Source: Candidatus Poriferihabitaceae bacterium
GTDB lineage: Bacteria; Pseudomonadota; Gammaproteobacteria; Arenicellales; Poriferihabitantaceae
DNA: 64,000 nt
Assembly: GCA_965221795.1 (NCBI GenBank)
Contig: OZ244914.1
Span: 303,180-367,179, forward strand
Direction: 5' to 3'
Position 1 is the first letter of the stretch, and each line of letters starts with the position of its first letter. A program made the translations under genes and the position numbers. Below are positions 51,506-61,821 of this stretch, piece by piece. The notes under the pieces are model-generated. The model was not told the DNA's origin, did no database searches, and saw only the letters and a list, made by a program, of their open reading frames with translations.

Positions 51506-52219
51506 TTGTTCATTCCGCTCCGCCGTCTGCCAACGATTCTCCCCTTTCTTGGCCTGGCATTCCTGTCGGCCTGTACCCCGCCACCTCCGCTTCCCGGGAA
51601 AACTGGGTTTTTGGAAGACGGGGCACGGGAACAAGCGTTGGTCTTGTGGGACACCAACCAGAAAGCATTGGCTTCCATCAGTCACTGGCACCTCCGGGGC
51701 AAAATGGGTGTAAAGACCGGCTCCAAGGGCGGTAGTGCCACGATTCAGTGGCAATATGCTCCAGACCGGCAGAGAATCGAGCTCTATGGTCCATTTGGAG
51801 GAGGGCGAATCATCATCGATGTGGACCATCGGGGGGCCGTCCTGAAAGATACCAAGGGTATGGTGATCGAAGGCGATACGGCGGCTGATGTTCTGCACCA
51901 ACGTCTCGGCTGGCAGGTTCCATTTGACCACCTTGCGAATTGGGCCCGGGGCATCCCCGGGGAAGGTGCCAAAGATCTGACCATTGACCGCATTGGACGG
52001 CTCCAGCGGATGGTGCAGAAAAACTGGCAGGTGGAATACCAGCAGTTTGAAGCCATGGGCAATACTCTGCCCGGTTATTCCCTACCCCGCAAATTGACGG
52101 TGTCGGCGTTGCCAGGGACGATGGAGTTCTACTCGGAAGAGGGCAAGCCTCTCGGCGATGAACTGCGTGTTCGGATCATTCTCAAGCACTGGGGAAACAT
52201 TGAACGCACCCAACTCTGA
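51506..52219 (+). CDS. lolB: outer-membrane lipoprotein LolB
   Basis: The TTG at 51506 gives MFIPLRRLPTILPFLGLAFLSAC, a lipoprotein signal peptide. It sits at the canonical position upstream of ispE, and the body is LolB-like (HWHLRGKMGVKTGSKGGSATIQW). Confidence 0.7.
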   Translation: MFIPLRRLPTILPFLGLAFLSACTPPPPLPGKTGFLEDGAREQALVLWDTNQKALASISHWHLRGKMGVKTGSKGGSATIQWQYAPDRQRIELYGPFGGGRIIIDVDHRGAVLKDTKGMVIEGDTAADVLHQRLGWQVPFDHLANWARGIPGEGAKDLTIDRIGRLQRMVQKNWQVEYQQFEAMGNTLPGYSLPRKLTVSALPGTMEFYSEEGKPLGDELRVRIILKHWGNIERTQL

Positions 52220-53111
52220 GGTCCGCCTCCTCTCTCCTGCCAAAATCAACCTGTTCTTGCATGTCACCGGCCAGCGGGCAGATGGATACCATCTCCTGCA
52301 AAGCTGGATGCAATATCTGGACTGGGGGGATCAGATGACCTTTCGGGTGCATCGCCAGGGACAGATCTGCCGGCACGATGCGCACCCGTATTCCCTTCCT
52401 GAGGAAGACCTTTGCATCCGTGCAGCCAACTTGCTGAAGGCCTCTGCTGCCAGGACTGAATTGGGCGTGGAGATCACGCTGGAAAAGAATATTCCGCCCG
52501 GTACCGGGCTGGGCGGTGGCAGCAGCAATGCGGCGACGACCCTGATGGTACTGAACCGGCTCTGGAATCTGCATCTGCCCCATGCCAACTTGCTGGAGAT
52601 GGGAACACAGCTTGGGGCCGATGTCCCGATATTCCTGGATGGCGTCGCTTCCTGGGTGGAAGGTATTGGCGATCAGTTGACCGCCGAGCCCGCCCCCACC
52701 GGCTGGATCCTGTTAGCGGTGCCAAATGCCACCGTGTCAACCGCCCGAATCTTCCAGGATCCAGCACTCTACCGGGCACATCCTACGGTGACTCGCCGGG
52801 ATTATGACAATGGCTTGACCGGGAATGATCTGGAAGCTGTAACCTTTCGCCAGTTTCCGGCAGTAGCAAATCTCCACCAATGGCTGTCCGGCTTTGGGCC
52901 GGCGAGGATGAGTGGCAGCGGCTGCGCAGTTTTCGTGCCGGTATCGAGCCGCTCGGAAGCCGAACAGATCCGGCAACAATTGCCAAAGGACATTACCAGC
53001 GTCATCGCCCAAAGGCTCAATCAAAGCCCCGTGCGGCAATGGGTATTGGACCGGACTTCCTCGGCAGGAAGGTCGGCAGCGGGAACCAGGGATTGCGACA
53101 GGACTACATGA
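52200..53111 (+). CDS. ispE: 4-diphosphocytidyl-2-C-methyl-D-erythritol kinase
   Basis: N-terminal SPAKINLFLHVTGQRADGYH and the GHMP kinase motif PPGTGLGGGSSNAA. The start is either TTG 52200 or ATG 52158, both in frame. Confidence 0.88.
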   Translation: MNAPNSEVRLLSPAKINLFLHVTGQRADGYHLLQSWMQYLDWGDQMTFRVHRQGQICRHDAHPYSLPEEDLCIRAANLLKASAARTELGVEITLEKNIPPGTGLGGGSSNAATTLMVLNRLWNLHLPHANLLEMGTQLGADVPIFLDGVASWVEGIGDQLTAEPAPTGWILLAVPNATVSTARIFQDPALYRAHPTVTRRDYDNGLTGNDLEAVTFRQFPAVANLHQWLSGFGPARMSGSGCAVFVPVSSRSEAEQIRQQLPKDITSVIAQRLNQSPVRQWVLDRTSSAGRSAAGTRDCDRTT

Positions 53112-53175
53112 CCCTCGGACTTCAACAGGTTGGCTACAGGAACCATTGCGAAGCCACGGTAAACCAGAAAAATCG

Positions 53176-53204
53176 TTGACATGGAGCAACCGTAACTTGA
53201 CAAT
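53176..53204 (+). promoter_or_regulatory. candidate sigma70 promoter upstream of tRNA-Gln/prs
   Basis: The promoter is TTGACA (53176-53181), a 17-nt spacer and GACAAT (53199-53204). It lies about 185 nt upstream of the tRNA, so the assignment is tentative. Confidence 0.3.
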
Positions 53205-53388
53205 ACTGCGCTTTGCAGCTTGCCCTGCCCTGCGTGTGCTGGTTGCTGGCCGGAATCCGGTGGATCCAAGCGCGACAAGGTCTGAAAAGTAACCGGAAAT
53301 ACGGTAAGATTACGGTCATTGGATTCCTGTTCAATGGGAAGCGGTTTCATACCCTCAGAATTTCCACACTCAACCTTAATTCAGAATT

Positions 53389-53465
53389 TGGGGTGTAGCC
53401 AAGCGGCCTAAGGCACCGGGTTTTGATCCCGGCATTCGGAGGTTCGAATCCTCCCACCCCAGCCA
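53389..53465 (+). tRNA. tRNA-Gln (anticodon UUG)
   Basis: The sequence TGGGGTGTAGCCAAGCGG...CCGGGTTTTGATCCCGG...GGTTCGAATCC...CCCCAGCCA folds as a cloverleaf. The anticodon loop is TTTTGAT, with TTG as the anticodon. It is close to E. coli tRNA-Gln and ends in an encoded CCA. Confidence 0.9.
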
Positions 53466-53486
53466 TTGATTGTGAGAGGAATTTTC

Positions 53487-54437
53487 GTGTCGCTGGAAAA
53501 CCTGTCAGTATTTGCGGGTAACGCAAATCCTGAACTGGCGCATGAAGTGGTTCAGTCGCTTGGCCTACCACTCGGCAGGGCCATGGCCGGCACCTTCAGC
53601 GACGGTGAAGTCAACATTGAAATCATGGAGAATGTTCGTGGCCGGGATGTGTTTGTCATTCAGCCCACCTGTGCCCCGACCAATGACAACCTGATGGAGT
53701 TGTTGGTGCTGACGGATGCACTGAACCGTGCTTCAGCCGGCCGGATCACTGCTGTCATCCCCTACATGGGATACTCCCGCCAGGACCGCAGGCCACGGAC
53801 AGCCCGGGTAGCGATCACGGCCAAACTGGTCGCCAATATGATCCAGTCTGCCGGGGCGGATCGGGTTCTGACGATGGATCTGCACGCAGACCAGATTCAG
53901 GGATTTTTCGACATTCCCTGCGATAACATATATGGCTCTCCTGTGTTGATGGGAGAGATCTGGCGCAAACGCCTGACCAACCCTACGGTGGTCTCCCCGG
54001 ATGTGGGGGGGGTAGTTCGGGCACGTGCCATGGCCAAACAACTGGAAACCGACCTTGCCATCATTGACAAACGACGGCCGAAAGCGAATGAGGCCAAGGT
54101 GATGCATATCATCGGGGAAGTGGAAAACCGTTCCTGTATCCTGATTGATGACATTGTGGATACCGCCAATACCCTCTGTCAGGCCGCGGAGGCACTGAAA
54201 GACCGCGGGGCACTCAAGGTCGTGGCAGCCTGCACCCATCCGGTACTGTCCGGCAATGCGACCCAACGCATCCGAGAGTCGGCATTGGATGAGTTGCTGG
54301 TCACGAATTCGATCCCGCTGAACGAAGAATCTGCCAGCTGCCCCATGATCACCCAACTCAGCATCGCCGAATTACTGGCCGAATCCATTCGTCGGATTGC
54401 CAGCGGGGATTCCATCAGTAATCTGTTTATCGAATAA
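53487..54437 (+). CDS. prs: ribose-phosphate pyrophosphokinase
   Basis: The GTG at 53487 is preceded by GAGAGGA. Motifs include N-terminal [12 protein letters not shown] and the PRPP-binding loop [12 protein letters not shown]. Confidence 0.93.
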   Translation: MSLENLSVFAGNANPELAHEVVQSLGLPLGRAMAGTFSDGEVNIEIMENVRGRDVFVIQPTCAPTNDNLMELLVLTDALNRASAGRITAVIPYMGYSRQDRRPRTARVAITAKLVANMIQSAGADRVLTMDLHADQIQGFFDIPCDNIYGSPVLMGEIWRKRLTNPTVVSPDVGGVVRARAMAKQLETDLAIIDKRRPKANEAKVMHIIGEVENRSCILIDDIVDTANTLCQAAEALKDRGALKVVAACTHPVLSGNATQRIRESALDELLVTNSIPLNEESASCPMITQLSIAELLAESIRRIASGDSISNLFIE

Positions 54438-54527
54438 CCGCATACCCTGCCGAATAACGAACCAATCTTGCCGAATCCCATTCACTGACACCCCCTTCGG
54501 GGCCATGAAACCAAGAGCTACGATCCA

Positions 54528-55175
54528 ATGAGTGAAGAAGTTATCCTGAAAGCCCGTGTCCGGGCCAGAACTGGCACCAGCCTTGTCCGACGATTGCGCA
54601 GGGAAGGCGAAGTGCCGGCCATCCTCTATGGTGCCGGCAAGGAAAACCTGAGTATCGCCGTGAACCACGACCTCCTCTACCACAACCTGGAGCGTGAGGA
54701 GTTTTTCTCCCAAGTGATTACTATCGAAACCGATGGCCAGGCGGAACAGGCGATCTTGCGAGATTTGCAACGCCACCCGCATCAAACCAAAATCCTGCAT
54801 GCGGATTTTCAGCGGGTCGAAGAGAACCGGCAGATCCACCTTTCCTTGCCGATCCATTTTATCGGTGAAGAAGAATGCGTGGGAGTGCGAGTCGATGGCG
54901 GCATGATTTCGCACTTGATGAATGAAGTGGAAGTGACCTGTCTGCCCAAAGATCTGCCGGAAAATATCCAGTTGGATGTAAGCCAACTGCGCATAGGGGA
55001 ATCACTGCATCTTTCCGATATTCAGCTGCCCGAAGGGGTCCAGATCACGGCCTTTACACATGGCGACCTCCACGAACATGACAACGCGGTCATTGCGGTT
55101 CAGGCCACCCGCCTGACTCGAACTGCCGAGGAAGTGGAAGAAGAGGAGTCCGAGGAGCCGGACAGCAGCGAATAG
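54528..55175 (+). CDS. rplY: 50S ribosomal protein L25 / general stress protein Ctc
   Basis: 215 aa long-form L25 (LRREGEVPAILYG...) with an acidic C-terminal tail. Confidence 0.9.
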   Translation: MSEEVILKARVRARTGTSLVRRLRREGEVPAILYGAGKENLSIAVNHDLLYHNLEREEFFSQVITIETDGQAEQAILRDLQRHPHQTKILHADFQRVEENRQIHLSLPIHFIGEEECVGVRVDGGMISHLMNEVEVTCLPKDLPENIQLDVSQLRIGESLHLSDIQLPEGVQITAFTHGDLHEHDNAVIAVQATRLTRTAEEVEEEESEEPDSSE

Positions 55176-55261
55176 CACGACGTGGCCGATTACCCGAGCG
55201 TGGGCATCGTCTGGAAGGAGATGAAAGCGGCAGGCATCACTCCGTTACGCCTGGTGCCTTG

Positions 55262-55843
55262 ATGCCTGTACCTGCTATTGCCCTGGTTGTCGGTCTTGGC
55301 AACCCGGGGCCCCAATATCGAGAAAGCCGGCATAATGCAGGAGTGTGGTTTGTGGACGCACTGCAAGTTGCCTGGGAATTCCGTCTGCGGGAAAGCAGCC
55401 GGTACAAGGGGCTTATTGGCGACTTCTCCTTTGCGGGGCACACCATCCGGGTACTGGCCCCGCAGACCTTCATGAATCGGAGTGGTGACAGCGTGACTCC
55501 ACTGGTCCGGTTTTTCCGGATTCCCGCCGAGCAGGTACTGATTGCCCACGACGAACTGGACCTGCCTGCGGGCGTGGTTCGGTTCAAGCATACCGGAGGT
55601 CACGGCGGGCACAAAGGCCTTCAGGATATCATCCGACAATCCGCGACGCAGGACATGAAACGTCTTCGATTTGGCATTGGTCATCCCGGCCATCGTCATC
55701 AGGTCAGCGATTATGTATTGACCCAGCCGTCCCCGGAGGATCGAGTAAACATCCATGCGTCCATTGATCGTGCGGTCGCAATTTTCCCGGATCTTCTGGT
55801 GGGCAATTTTTCCCGAGCCATGCAATTGCTGCATACCGCCTGA
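55262..55843 (+). CDS. pth: peptidyl-tRNA hydrolase
   Basis: Motifs [23 protein letters not shown] and [12 protein letters not shown]. The ATG at 55262 lies directly after the ORF-track TTG at 55259. Confidence 0.93.
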   Translation: MPVPAIALVVGLGNPGPQYRESRHNAGVWFVDALQVAWEFRLRESSRYKGLIGDFSFAGHTIRVLAPQTFMNRSGDSVTPLVRFFRIPAEQVLIAHDELDLPAGVVRFKHTGGHGGHKGLQDIIRQSATQDMKRLRFGIGHPGHRHQVSDYVLTQPSPEDRVNIHASIDRAVAIFPDLLVGNFSRAMQLLHTA

Positions 55844-55845
55844 CC

Positions 55846-56940
55846 ATGGGATTCAAATGTGGCATTGTCGGATTGCCCAATGTGGGCAAATCCACCCTGT
55901 TCAATGCGCTGACCCATTCCTCTGCCGCGCAGGCCGCCAACTACGCCTTCTGCACGATTGAGCCGAATGTTGGTATGGTCGCCGTACCAGATTCCCGACT
56001 GGATCGAATCGGCGCACTCGTCCACCCCCAGAAGATCATTCCCACCACCATGGAATTTGTCGATATTGCCGGCCTGGTGGCTGGAGCCTCTCAAGGGGAA
56101 GGGCTGGGCAACCAGTTTCTGTCCCACATCCGTGAGGTCGACGCCATCGCTCATGTGGTGCGCACCTTTGAAGACGACCGGATCACACATGTGGCGAACC
56201 GGGTGGACCCGCTTGCGGATATCGAAACCGTCCACACCGAACTTATCCTTGCGGATCTGGAAACGGCGGCACGGGCACGACACAAAGCGGAAAAAAACAG
56301 CAAGGCCGGCGACAAGAGGCAAAAAGACATGGCCAGCCTGTTACACCGGGTCGAATCTCATCTGGATACGGGAAAACCATTACGCCTCCTGGCATTGCAG
56401 CCGGCAGATCAATGCCGCCTCCAGACTCTGTGTTTCCTGACCCTGAAACCCGCCTTCTATATTGCCAATGTCGACGAGGATGGCTTTCGAAATAATCCTC
56501 ATCTGGATACGATGCGGGCTCTCGCAGAATCGGAAGGATCCGAAACGGTACCAGTCTGCGCGACGATTGAAGCGGAACTGGACCAACTGGCAGCGGATGA
56601 AATGGCCGCCTTTCTGATGGAAATGGGACTCCGGGAAACCGGGCTGCATCGCGTCATCCGCGCTGGATATCGTCTGCTCGGACTGCGGACCTATTTTACG
56701 GCCGGGAAGAAGGAAGTCCGCGCATGGACCGTGCGGGATGGGACCACAGCACCCGGAGCCGCGGGAGTGATTCATACCGATTTTGAGCGTGGGTTCATCC
56801 GCGCCGAGACCATTGGATATGACGACTTCATCGAATGCGGGGGGGAACATCGCGCTCGGGAAGCAGGAAAACTCCGTCTGGAAGGTCGTGATTACATAGT
56901 CCAGGATGGCGACATCATGCACTTCCGATTTAATATTTGA
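55846..56940 (+). CDS. ychF: redox-regulated ATPase YchF
   Basis: N-terminal [18 protein letters not shown] and the C-terminal TGS-like region, ending FRFN. Confidence 0.95.
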   Translation: MGFKCGIVGLPNVGKSTLFNALTHSSAAQAANYAFCTIEPNVGMVAVPDSRLDRIGALVHPQKIIPTTMEFVDIAGLVAGASQGEGLGNQFLSHIREVDAIAHVVRTFEDDRITHVANRVDPLADIETVHTELILADLETAARARHKAEKNSKAGDKRQKDMASLLHRVESHLDTGKPLRLLALQPADQCRLQTLCFLTLKPAFYIANVDEDGFRNNPHLDTMRALAESEGSETVPVCATIEAELDQLAADEMAAFLMEMGLRETGLHRVIRAGYRLLGLRTYFTAGKKEVRAWTVRDGTTAPGAAGVIHTDFERGFIRAETIGYDDFIECGGEHRAREAGKLRLEGRDYIVQDGDIMHFRFNI

Positions 56941-57076
56941 AATGGCAGGCCGGGAACGACCGAAGGGTCCATGAAATGGCTCAAAGACTGCCTCACATGA
57001 CTACAGTTGGGGAACTTTACCCATCAACACCCTACTCGACAGCCTGACCGCCCGGCTCAACGAATACCTGGACCCG

Positions 57077-59131
57077 GTGCTTTCCACCCGTCGCACAGCA
57101 CGGGGACCGGCCAGAGGCTTGTTATCCCTGGACAAAAAGGAGCAGGAGTTTGCCTTGCAATGGACTGACATCATTCGTCGCTCCAATTCGGAAATGGCCT
57201 TCCAGTTCGTCCACCGTGCGCCCCGTGCCATTCGCCTGATGGGACTGGAAGGAACCCGGCAATGGCTGTTGCATGCCATGGATGTCTATGACCGGGAGGG
57301 CTTGTATCCCGGCAGCCATGCCCTGGAAAACCTTGCCGCTTTCGCCACAGAATTTCGTCGGGATCACATCACGGTTCGCCTGGAAGACATCCGTCCGGTC
57401 CTGGAAACCTTCCTGGCGGGCCTGGCCGGACGCCTATTGAAACTGGAGAGCGGGAAGAGCATCTACACCGACACCCATACCCTCTACCTGCCGGATCGGA
57501 TCAGTCGATTCCCGGATTCCGAGCGAAATACCCGTCTCTACAAGATCATGACCGTGCACCTGTGGGGGCAAACCCGGTACGGAACCTTTCGGCGCCCGAC
57601 CCCGGACTCCCCGCACCTGGTTGAACTCCTGGCCGAATTTCCCGACAGCGGACGGGCCCTGCAGTTATTCAACCTGCTGGAAACCACTCGCATCAATGCC
57701 TGCATTCGCCGCGACCTGCCGGGACTCGCCCGCGAAATCTTCGGGCTACAGCCGCCAGTACCGGTGCAAGATGCTACCTGGCACCATTTTTTCCACCTGC
57801 TGGAATCCCATGAAGCTACGGTGGCTGATACGTTGGCGGCCACAGCCGCTCTCTATCCCCTGCAGCACCCCTGGCCACCAGCCCTGGTCTATCAGGGAGA
57901 ATTAGACCTGGAAGCCACCAGGGCCGGTATCGAACGGCGTCTGGAACAGGAGAAAGATGCTCTTCAGTCTGCCCTTGCGGAACTGTTGCGTTCTACTGGA
58001 GATGGCCAGGATGAGATTCCGGCCAGCGAACCTGCGAATATTCGTTTACAGCAGGATACGGACGCCAACCAAGAACCGGAACTGGCGATGGACGGGGAAC
58101 CCATCACGACCCCGGAAGCACTCCGCTCTCTCCTGGACTCCCTGCTTCAGGATCTGGATCAGATTCCAGATGATTGGCTCATCCCCAAGGGCGATGACCG
58201 GTATGATGACCGGGAAGTTGGCCAGGATCCGGATTCCTTTCATCGGAGCATGGAGTCTTCCGAAGTGTTTCTGTACGATGAATGGGACTATCGCCGTCAA
58301 ACCTACCGCAAGCAATGGTGCGCACTGCGGGAAGTAACCGCACCGCCCGTACACGATGATTTCCATGCGCAGACCCTGAATCGGTATGCTCCTCTGGTGG
58401 GAGAGATCCGACGTCACTTCGAAGCCTTGCGGGAGGAGGAGCGAGTGCTCAAGGCCGAACCGTCAGGCGACAATGTCGACCTGGATGCGCTGATCATGGC
58501 TTATGCCGATATGCAGGCCGGCATGGAACTCAGCGATCGGGTGTATACACGCCGGCAAAAGGCGGAACGGGACCTGGCCGTCCTGTTCATGGTCGATGTC
58601 AGTGGTTCGACCAAGGGATGGATCAATGATGCCGAACGCGAAAGCTTGATCCTGCTGTGCGAGGCACTGGAAGTGCTGGATGACCGATATGCCATTTACG
58701 GTTTTTCCGGGATGACCCGGAACCGTTGTGAAATCTACTGTGTCAAGTCGTTTGCCCAATCATACAATGCCGAGGTTCGTGCTCGCATCAGCGGACTTCG
58801 CCCCAAAGACTATACCCGGATGGGCGTCACCATTCGACACCTGACCCGGATCTTGAATCAAATGGAGGCAAGAACCCGGGTGCTGATCACACTGTCCGAT
58901 GGCAAACCGGATGATTACGATGGGTATCGGGGGGAGTATGGCATCGAAGATACCCGCCAAGCCTTGCTGGAGGCACGCAACACCGGAATTTTCCCGTTCT
59001 GTATCACCATTGACACCGAAGCCAGGGAATATCTCCCTCATATGTACGGGCCGGCGGGTTTTGTCATGGTAGACCAGGTGCGCAAGTTGCCCCTGAAAGT
59101 GGCCGACATCTACCGTCGACTCACCACCTGA
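57077..59131 (+). CDS. von Willebrand factor A domain protein of the NorD/CbbO type
   Basis: The C-terminal vWA domain has the MIDAS motif (FMVDVSGST...TLSDGKPDDYDGYRGEYGIEDTRQAL). The start is GTG at 57077 and is uncertain. No MoxR/CbbQ/NorQ partner is adjacent. Confidence 0.65.
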   Translation: MLSTRRTARGPARGLLSLDKKEQEFALQWTDIIRRSNSEMAFQFVHRAPRAIRLMGLEGTRQWLLHAMDVYDREGLYPGSHALENLAAFATEFRRDHITVRLEDIRPVLETFLAGLAGRLLKLESGKSIYTDTHTLYLPDRISRFPDSERNTRLYKIMTVHLWGQTRYGTFRRPTPDSPHLVELLAEFPDSGRALQLFNLLETTRINACIRRDLPGLAREIFGLQPPVPVQDATWHHFFHLLESHEATVADTLAATAALYPLQHPWPPALVYQGELDLEATRAGIERRLEQEKDALQSALAELLRSTGDGQDEIPASEPANIRLQQDTDANQEPELAMDGEPITTPEALRSLLDSLLQDLDQIPDDWLIPKGDDRYDDREVGQDPDSFHRSMESSEVFLYDEWDYRRQTYRKQWCALREVTAPPVHDDFHAQTLNRYAPLVGEIRRHFEALREEERVLKAEPSGDNVDLDALIMAYADMQAGMELSDRVYTRRQKAERDLAVLFMVDVSGSTKGWINDAERESLILLCEALEVLDDRYAIYGFSGMTRNRCEIYCVKSFAQSYNAEVRARISGLRPKDYTRMGVTIRHLTRILNQMEARTRVLITLSDGKPDDYDGYRGEYGIEDTRQALLEARNTGIFPFCITIDTEAREYLPHMYGPAGFVMVDQVRKLPLKVADIYRRLTT

Positions 59132-59270
59132 TCCGACCTGCCGACCATGCCCCTTTTGCCAACCCCGAACCAACTGCCGGTTGCCGATGGCTTGCCCCCG
59201 ACCCGTCATGACAGTTTCCCATCCAACGGATCTGCCGCAGTCGTCTTCATCCCATCCGGCCGATAGGATC

Positions 59271-60218
59271 ATGTCGTCAGTTCATGGCTCCCGGAAGGTG
59301 ATTTTCGCTGCTATGGGCGGAAACGCCCTGATTGCGATTACGAAGTTTATCGCGGCCAGCATTACCGGCAGTTCCGCGATGTTCAGCGAGGCCATCCATT
59401 CGGTGGTGGATACTGGCAACCAGTGCCTGTTGCTGTACGGTCTGAAACGATCTGACAAGCCCGCAGATGCACAACATCCGTTTGGTTACAGCATGGAGCT
59501 CTATTTCTGGACGTTTGTGGTCGCCATTCTGATTTTTTCCCTCGGCTCTGGCCTTTCTATTTATGACGGTATCAGCAAGATCCAGGAGCCGCATGAAATT
59601 CAAAAGCCCGTAGTGAATTACATTGTCCTGGGATTGGCCATGTTATTTGAGGGGGCAGCCTGGTTAGTCGCCTTTCATGAATTCCGCAAAACCAAGGGTA
59701 CACTGAGTTATATCAAGGCAGTACAACGCAGCAAGGATCCGACCGTGTTTACAGTGCTGTTTGAGGACAGTGCGGCCATGCTGGGCCTGTGTGCGGCCAT
59801 GATCGGTATCAGCCTGGCCCAGTGGACCGGCCTGCCGGTCTTTGATGCCATCGCTTCCATTGTCATCGGGATTATTTTGGCCTGCACCGCAGCCTTGCTG
59901 GCCTATGAAAGCAAAGGCCTACTGATTGGGGAAGCGGCGCGGCCGCGTGTCATTGGCAGTATTCGGAAAATTATCAACGACCATGACAGCATCATCAGCA
60001 TCAATGAACTGCTGACCATGCATTTCGGTCCCCGCGATATCCTGCTCTGCCTCAGCGTGGATTTCGTCGATGGCATTTCCGCCAGTGAGGTCGAATCCAC
60101 CATTTCCAACCTGGAAGCCACTATCAAGTCCACCCATCCGGAAATCAAGCGGGTTTTTATTGAGGCCCAGAGCTGGCGTGGGCACGATGACAACCTGCGT
60201 ACCCGCTACTCCATATGA
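59271..60218 (+). CDS. cation diffusion facilitator (CDF) family transporter
   Basis: It has a six-TM core with SAMFSEAIHSVVDTGNQ and a C-terminal cytoplasmic domain. The ATG at 59271 is used. Confidence 0.8.
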   Translation: MSSVHGSRKVIFAAMGGNALIAITKFIAASITGSSAMFSEAIHSVVDTGNQCLLLYGLKRSDKPADAQHPFGYSMELYFWTFVVAILIFSLGSGLSIYDGISKIQEPHEIQKPVVNYIVLGLAMLFEGAAWLVAFHEFRKTKGTLSYIKAVQRSKDPTVFTVLFEDSAAMLGLCAAMIGISLAQWTGLPVFDAIASIVIGIILACTAALLAYESKGLLIGEAARPRVIGSIRKIINDHDSIISINELLTMHFGPRDILLCLSVDFVDGISASEVESTISNLEATIKSTHPEIKRVFIEAQSWRGHDDNLRTRYSI

Positions 60219-60279
60219 GCACACCGGCCCCGGCATCCCCTGGCCGACCGCCCCAGAATACCAGAGGCCTTTGATTCTA

Positions 60280-60295
60280 CCCCCCCCCCCCCCCC
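60280..60295. repeat. homopolymeric C16 tract followed by TCTCGCTAAACTAG
   Basis: Counted directly. The downstream 12 nt, TCGCTAAACTAG, are shared with the sequence after the C23 tract. Confidence 0.95.
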
Positions 60296-60305
60296 TCTCG
60301 CTAAA

Positions 60306-60716
60306 CTAGTACATCGTATCATTGATTCGCTGACATACATTCTGGCATCGGCCTGTCGAAGCTCTTCCAGTGGAACGGTGCCGGTTCCGCGTTCATTTCC
60401 CCGATGCCCCGGAGGATGCACTGGCGGAGCCCGTCCAGCGAGCCGAACCGGATGTGCCGCAGGAAGGTGCGGGCCATCTTCGGGAACACGACCTCGAGCC
60501 GGTTCAGCCAAGAGGCACGCACGTACTGGAACCGGCCCGGGGCTCCTCGAGACGTGCGAGGAGTGATTGTCCAGTATGATGCGGATGGTTGCGCCTTCCG
60601 GCCAGCACCGGTTTTTCCGTCTTTCGAGCCATCATGGCTTCCGTCATTGATTCAGGGATGACCACCATAGGCCAATCCCCCTGTAATATCAATGTATTAA
60701 TGTTACCATGTACTAG
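60306..60716 (-). mobile_element. non-autonomous, internally deleted IS630-family derivative (MITE-like, 411 bp)
   Basis: Both ends align with the full copy at 61822-63085. The left 290 bp align with substitutions and small indels, and the right 110 bp also align, so about 830 bp of transposase gene are missing. The termini are CTAGTACATCG...CATGTACTAG with flanking TA. Confidence 0.8.
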
Positions 60717-60770
60717 GCGCAAATTATTGGTACTGGATCAGTTTGAAAATCACCTCATTCTGCATGAAAT

Positions 60771-60779
60771 TGGTATAAT
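60771..60779 (+). promoter_or_regulatory. extended -10 promoter element TGGTATAAT upstream of the poly-C gene
   Basis: A perfect TATAAT at 60774-60779 has TG at 60771-60772. GGAGAC (60802-60807) and the ATG at 60812 follow at appropriate spacing. Confidence 0.45.
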
Positions 60780-60811
60780 TGCCGGAACATCATTCGACAT
60801 TGGAGACCACA

Positions 60812-61521
60812 ATGAAACATTACCCTAATTCATCCCCCCCCCCCCCCCCCCCCCCCTCGCTAAACTAGCGACTCTTCTACTGCTGGCGGTGCTAACTGCG
60901 CCGTCCATGGCGCAGGTGGATTACTCCTTCATTGATGGTGCATCAGGCGCGAGTACCTGCCCGCCAGGCCAGACCATACGTAACGGAATATCCCTTGTCG
61001 ACGGATCCCTGACAAAAAACGCGGTCCGGCTGTCGTATTCGCAAGTTAATTTTCAGAACATCAGAGTTCTAATTCCAGGAACGAGTACACTTCAAAGTGC
61101 CACCGTGTATCTCAGCGTGCTGGAAAATGGCAGGGAAGAGGCTAGCAGGCAGACTCTTGGAACTGCTTCAACTGGCACGGACACGACGGGAGGAGCGAAA
61201 ACTTTCAGCAACCTGAAGCAGAACAGGCAGTACACCGCAGTCACGCATATTGGGGACGTCACCAAGATCATTTCAAGATTCTGCTTCCGGACCGCGGCCG
61301 ACCTGGAGATCCCCTTTATGTCGGGTCGCGGCGGCGACGGTCCCGGCGATTCGTGGTCAAGCGGGTGCTACGCCTTCAGCAAGGACGTGAATCAGATCCG
61401 GGCTTGCTTCTGCGGAGCCCGGAACTCGTCGGGCAGCTGGGCGCGCACGGATGCCGAAGACGGCTACGAATATATGATGGACGCCACCTGGAGATCACAG
61501 GTGGGCTGCACGACCAACTGA
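60812..61521 (+). CDS. candidate phase-variable secreted protein (currently frame-shifted OFF at the C23 tract)
   Basis: The ATG at 60812 reads MKHYPNSS, then poly-Pro, and stops at 60866-60868. The 60889..61521 ORF frame is open back through the tract and encodes LAKLATLLLLAVLTAPSMA/QVD, a signal peptide. One extra C (C24) or two fewer (C21) fuses the two. Confidence 0.6.
60834..60856. repeat. homopolymeric C23 tract inside the 5' coding region
   Basis: Counted directly (7+10+6 C). Confidence 0.95.
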
Positions 61522-61821
61522 CGAAACCGGAGCGGCCACCGCCATTTGGCTTGCAGCCTCGTCCGGAAAACCCGGAACACGGGGCGGCCTGCGGGCCGCC
61601 TCCTCCCGGCCAGGTCCTGCAATGTTCAAACTGGGCCACAGCCCATTCTCCGGATTCCCTCTCTTCAACCCAAGGCCGGGAACTGGCTCACTGATTATTT
61701 TTTGGCGTGCGGAAAACCACAGCCGCAAGAACCAGGCAATACCTCGACAAAAGCTCTCACCGGGCTGTACGAGAACATGGGGTAGGACATGATTCATGCA
61801 ACCAGCCGATTGACCAGCCAT

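Noticed and set aside
53347-53571. A 74-aa minus-strand ORF overlapping the tRNA-Gln gene and the start of prs
   Set aside because: The tRNA cloverleaf and prs explain the sequence, and the ORF has no support.
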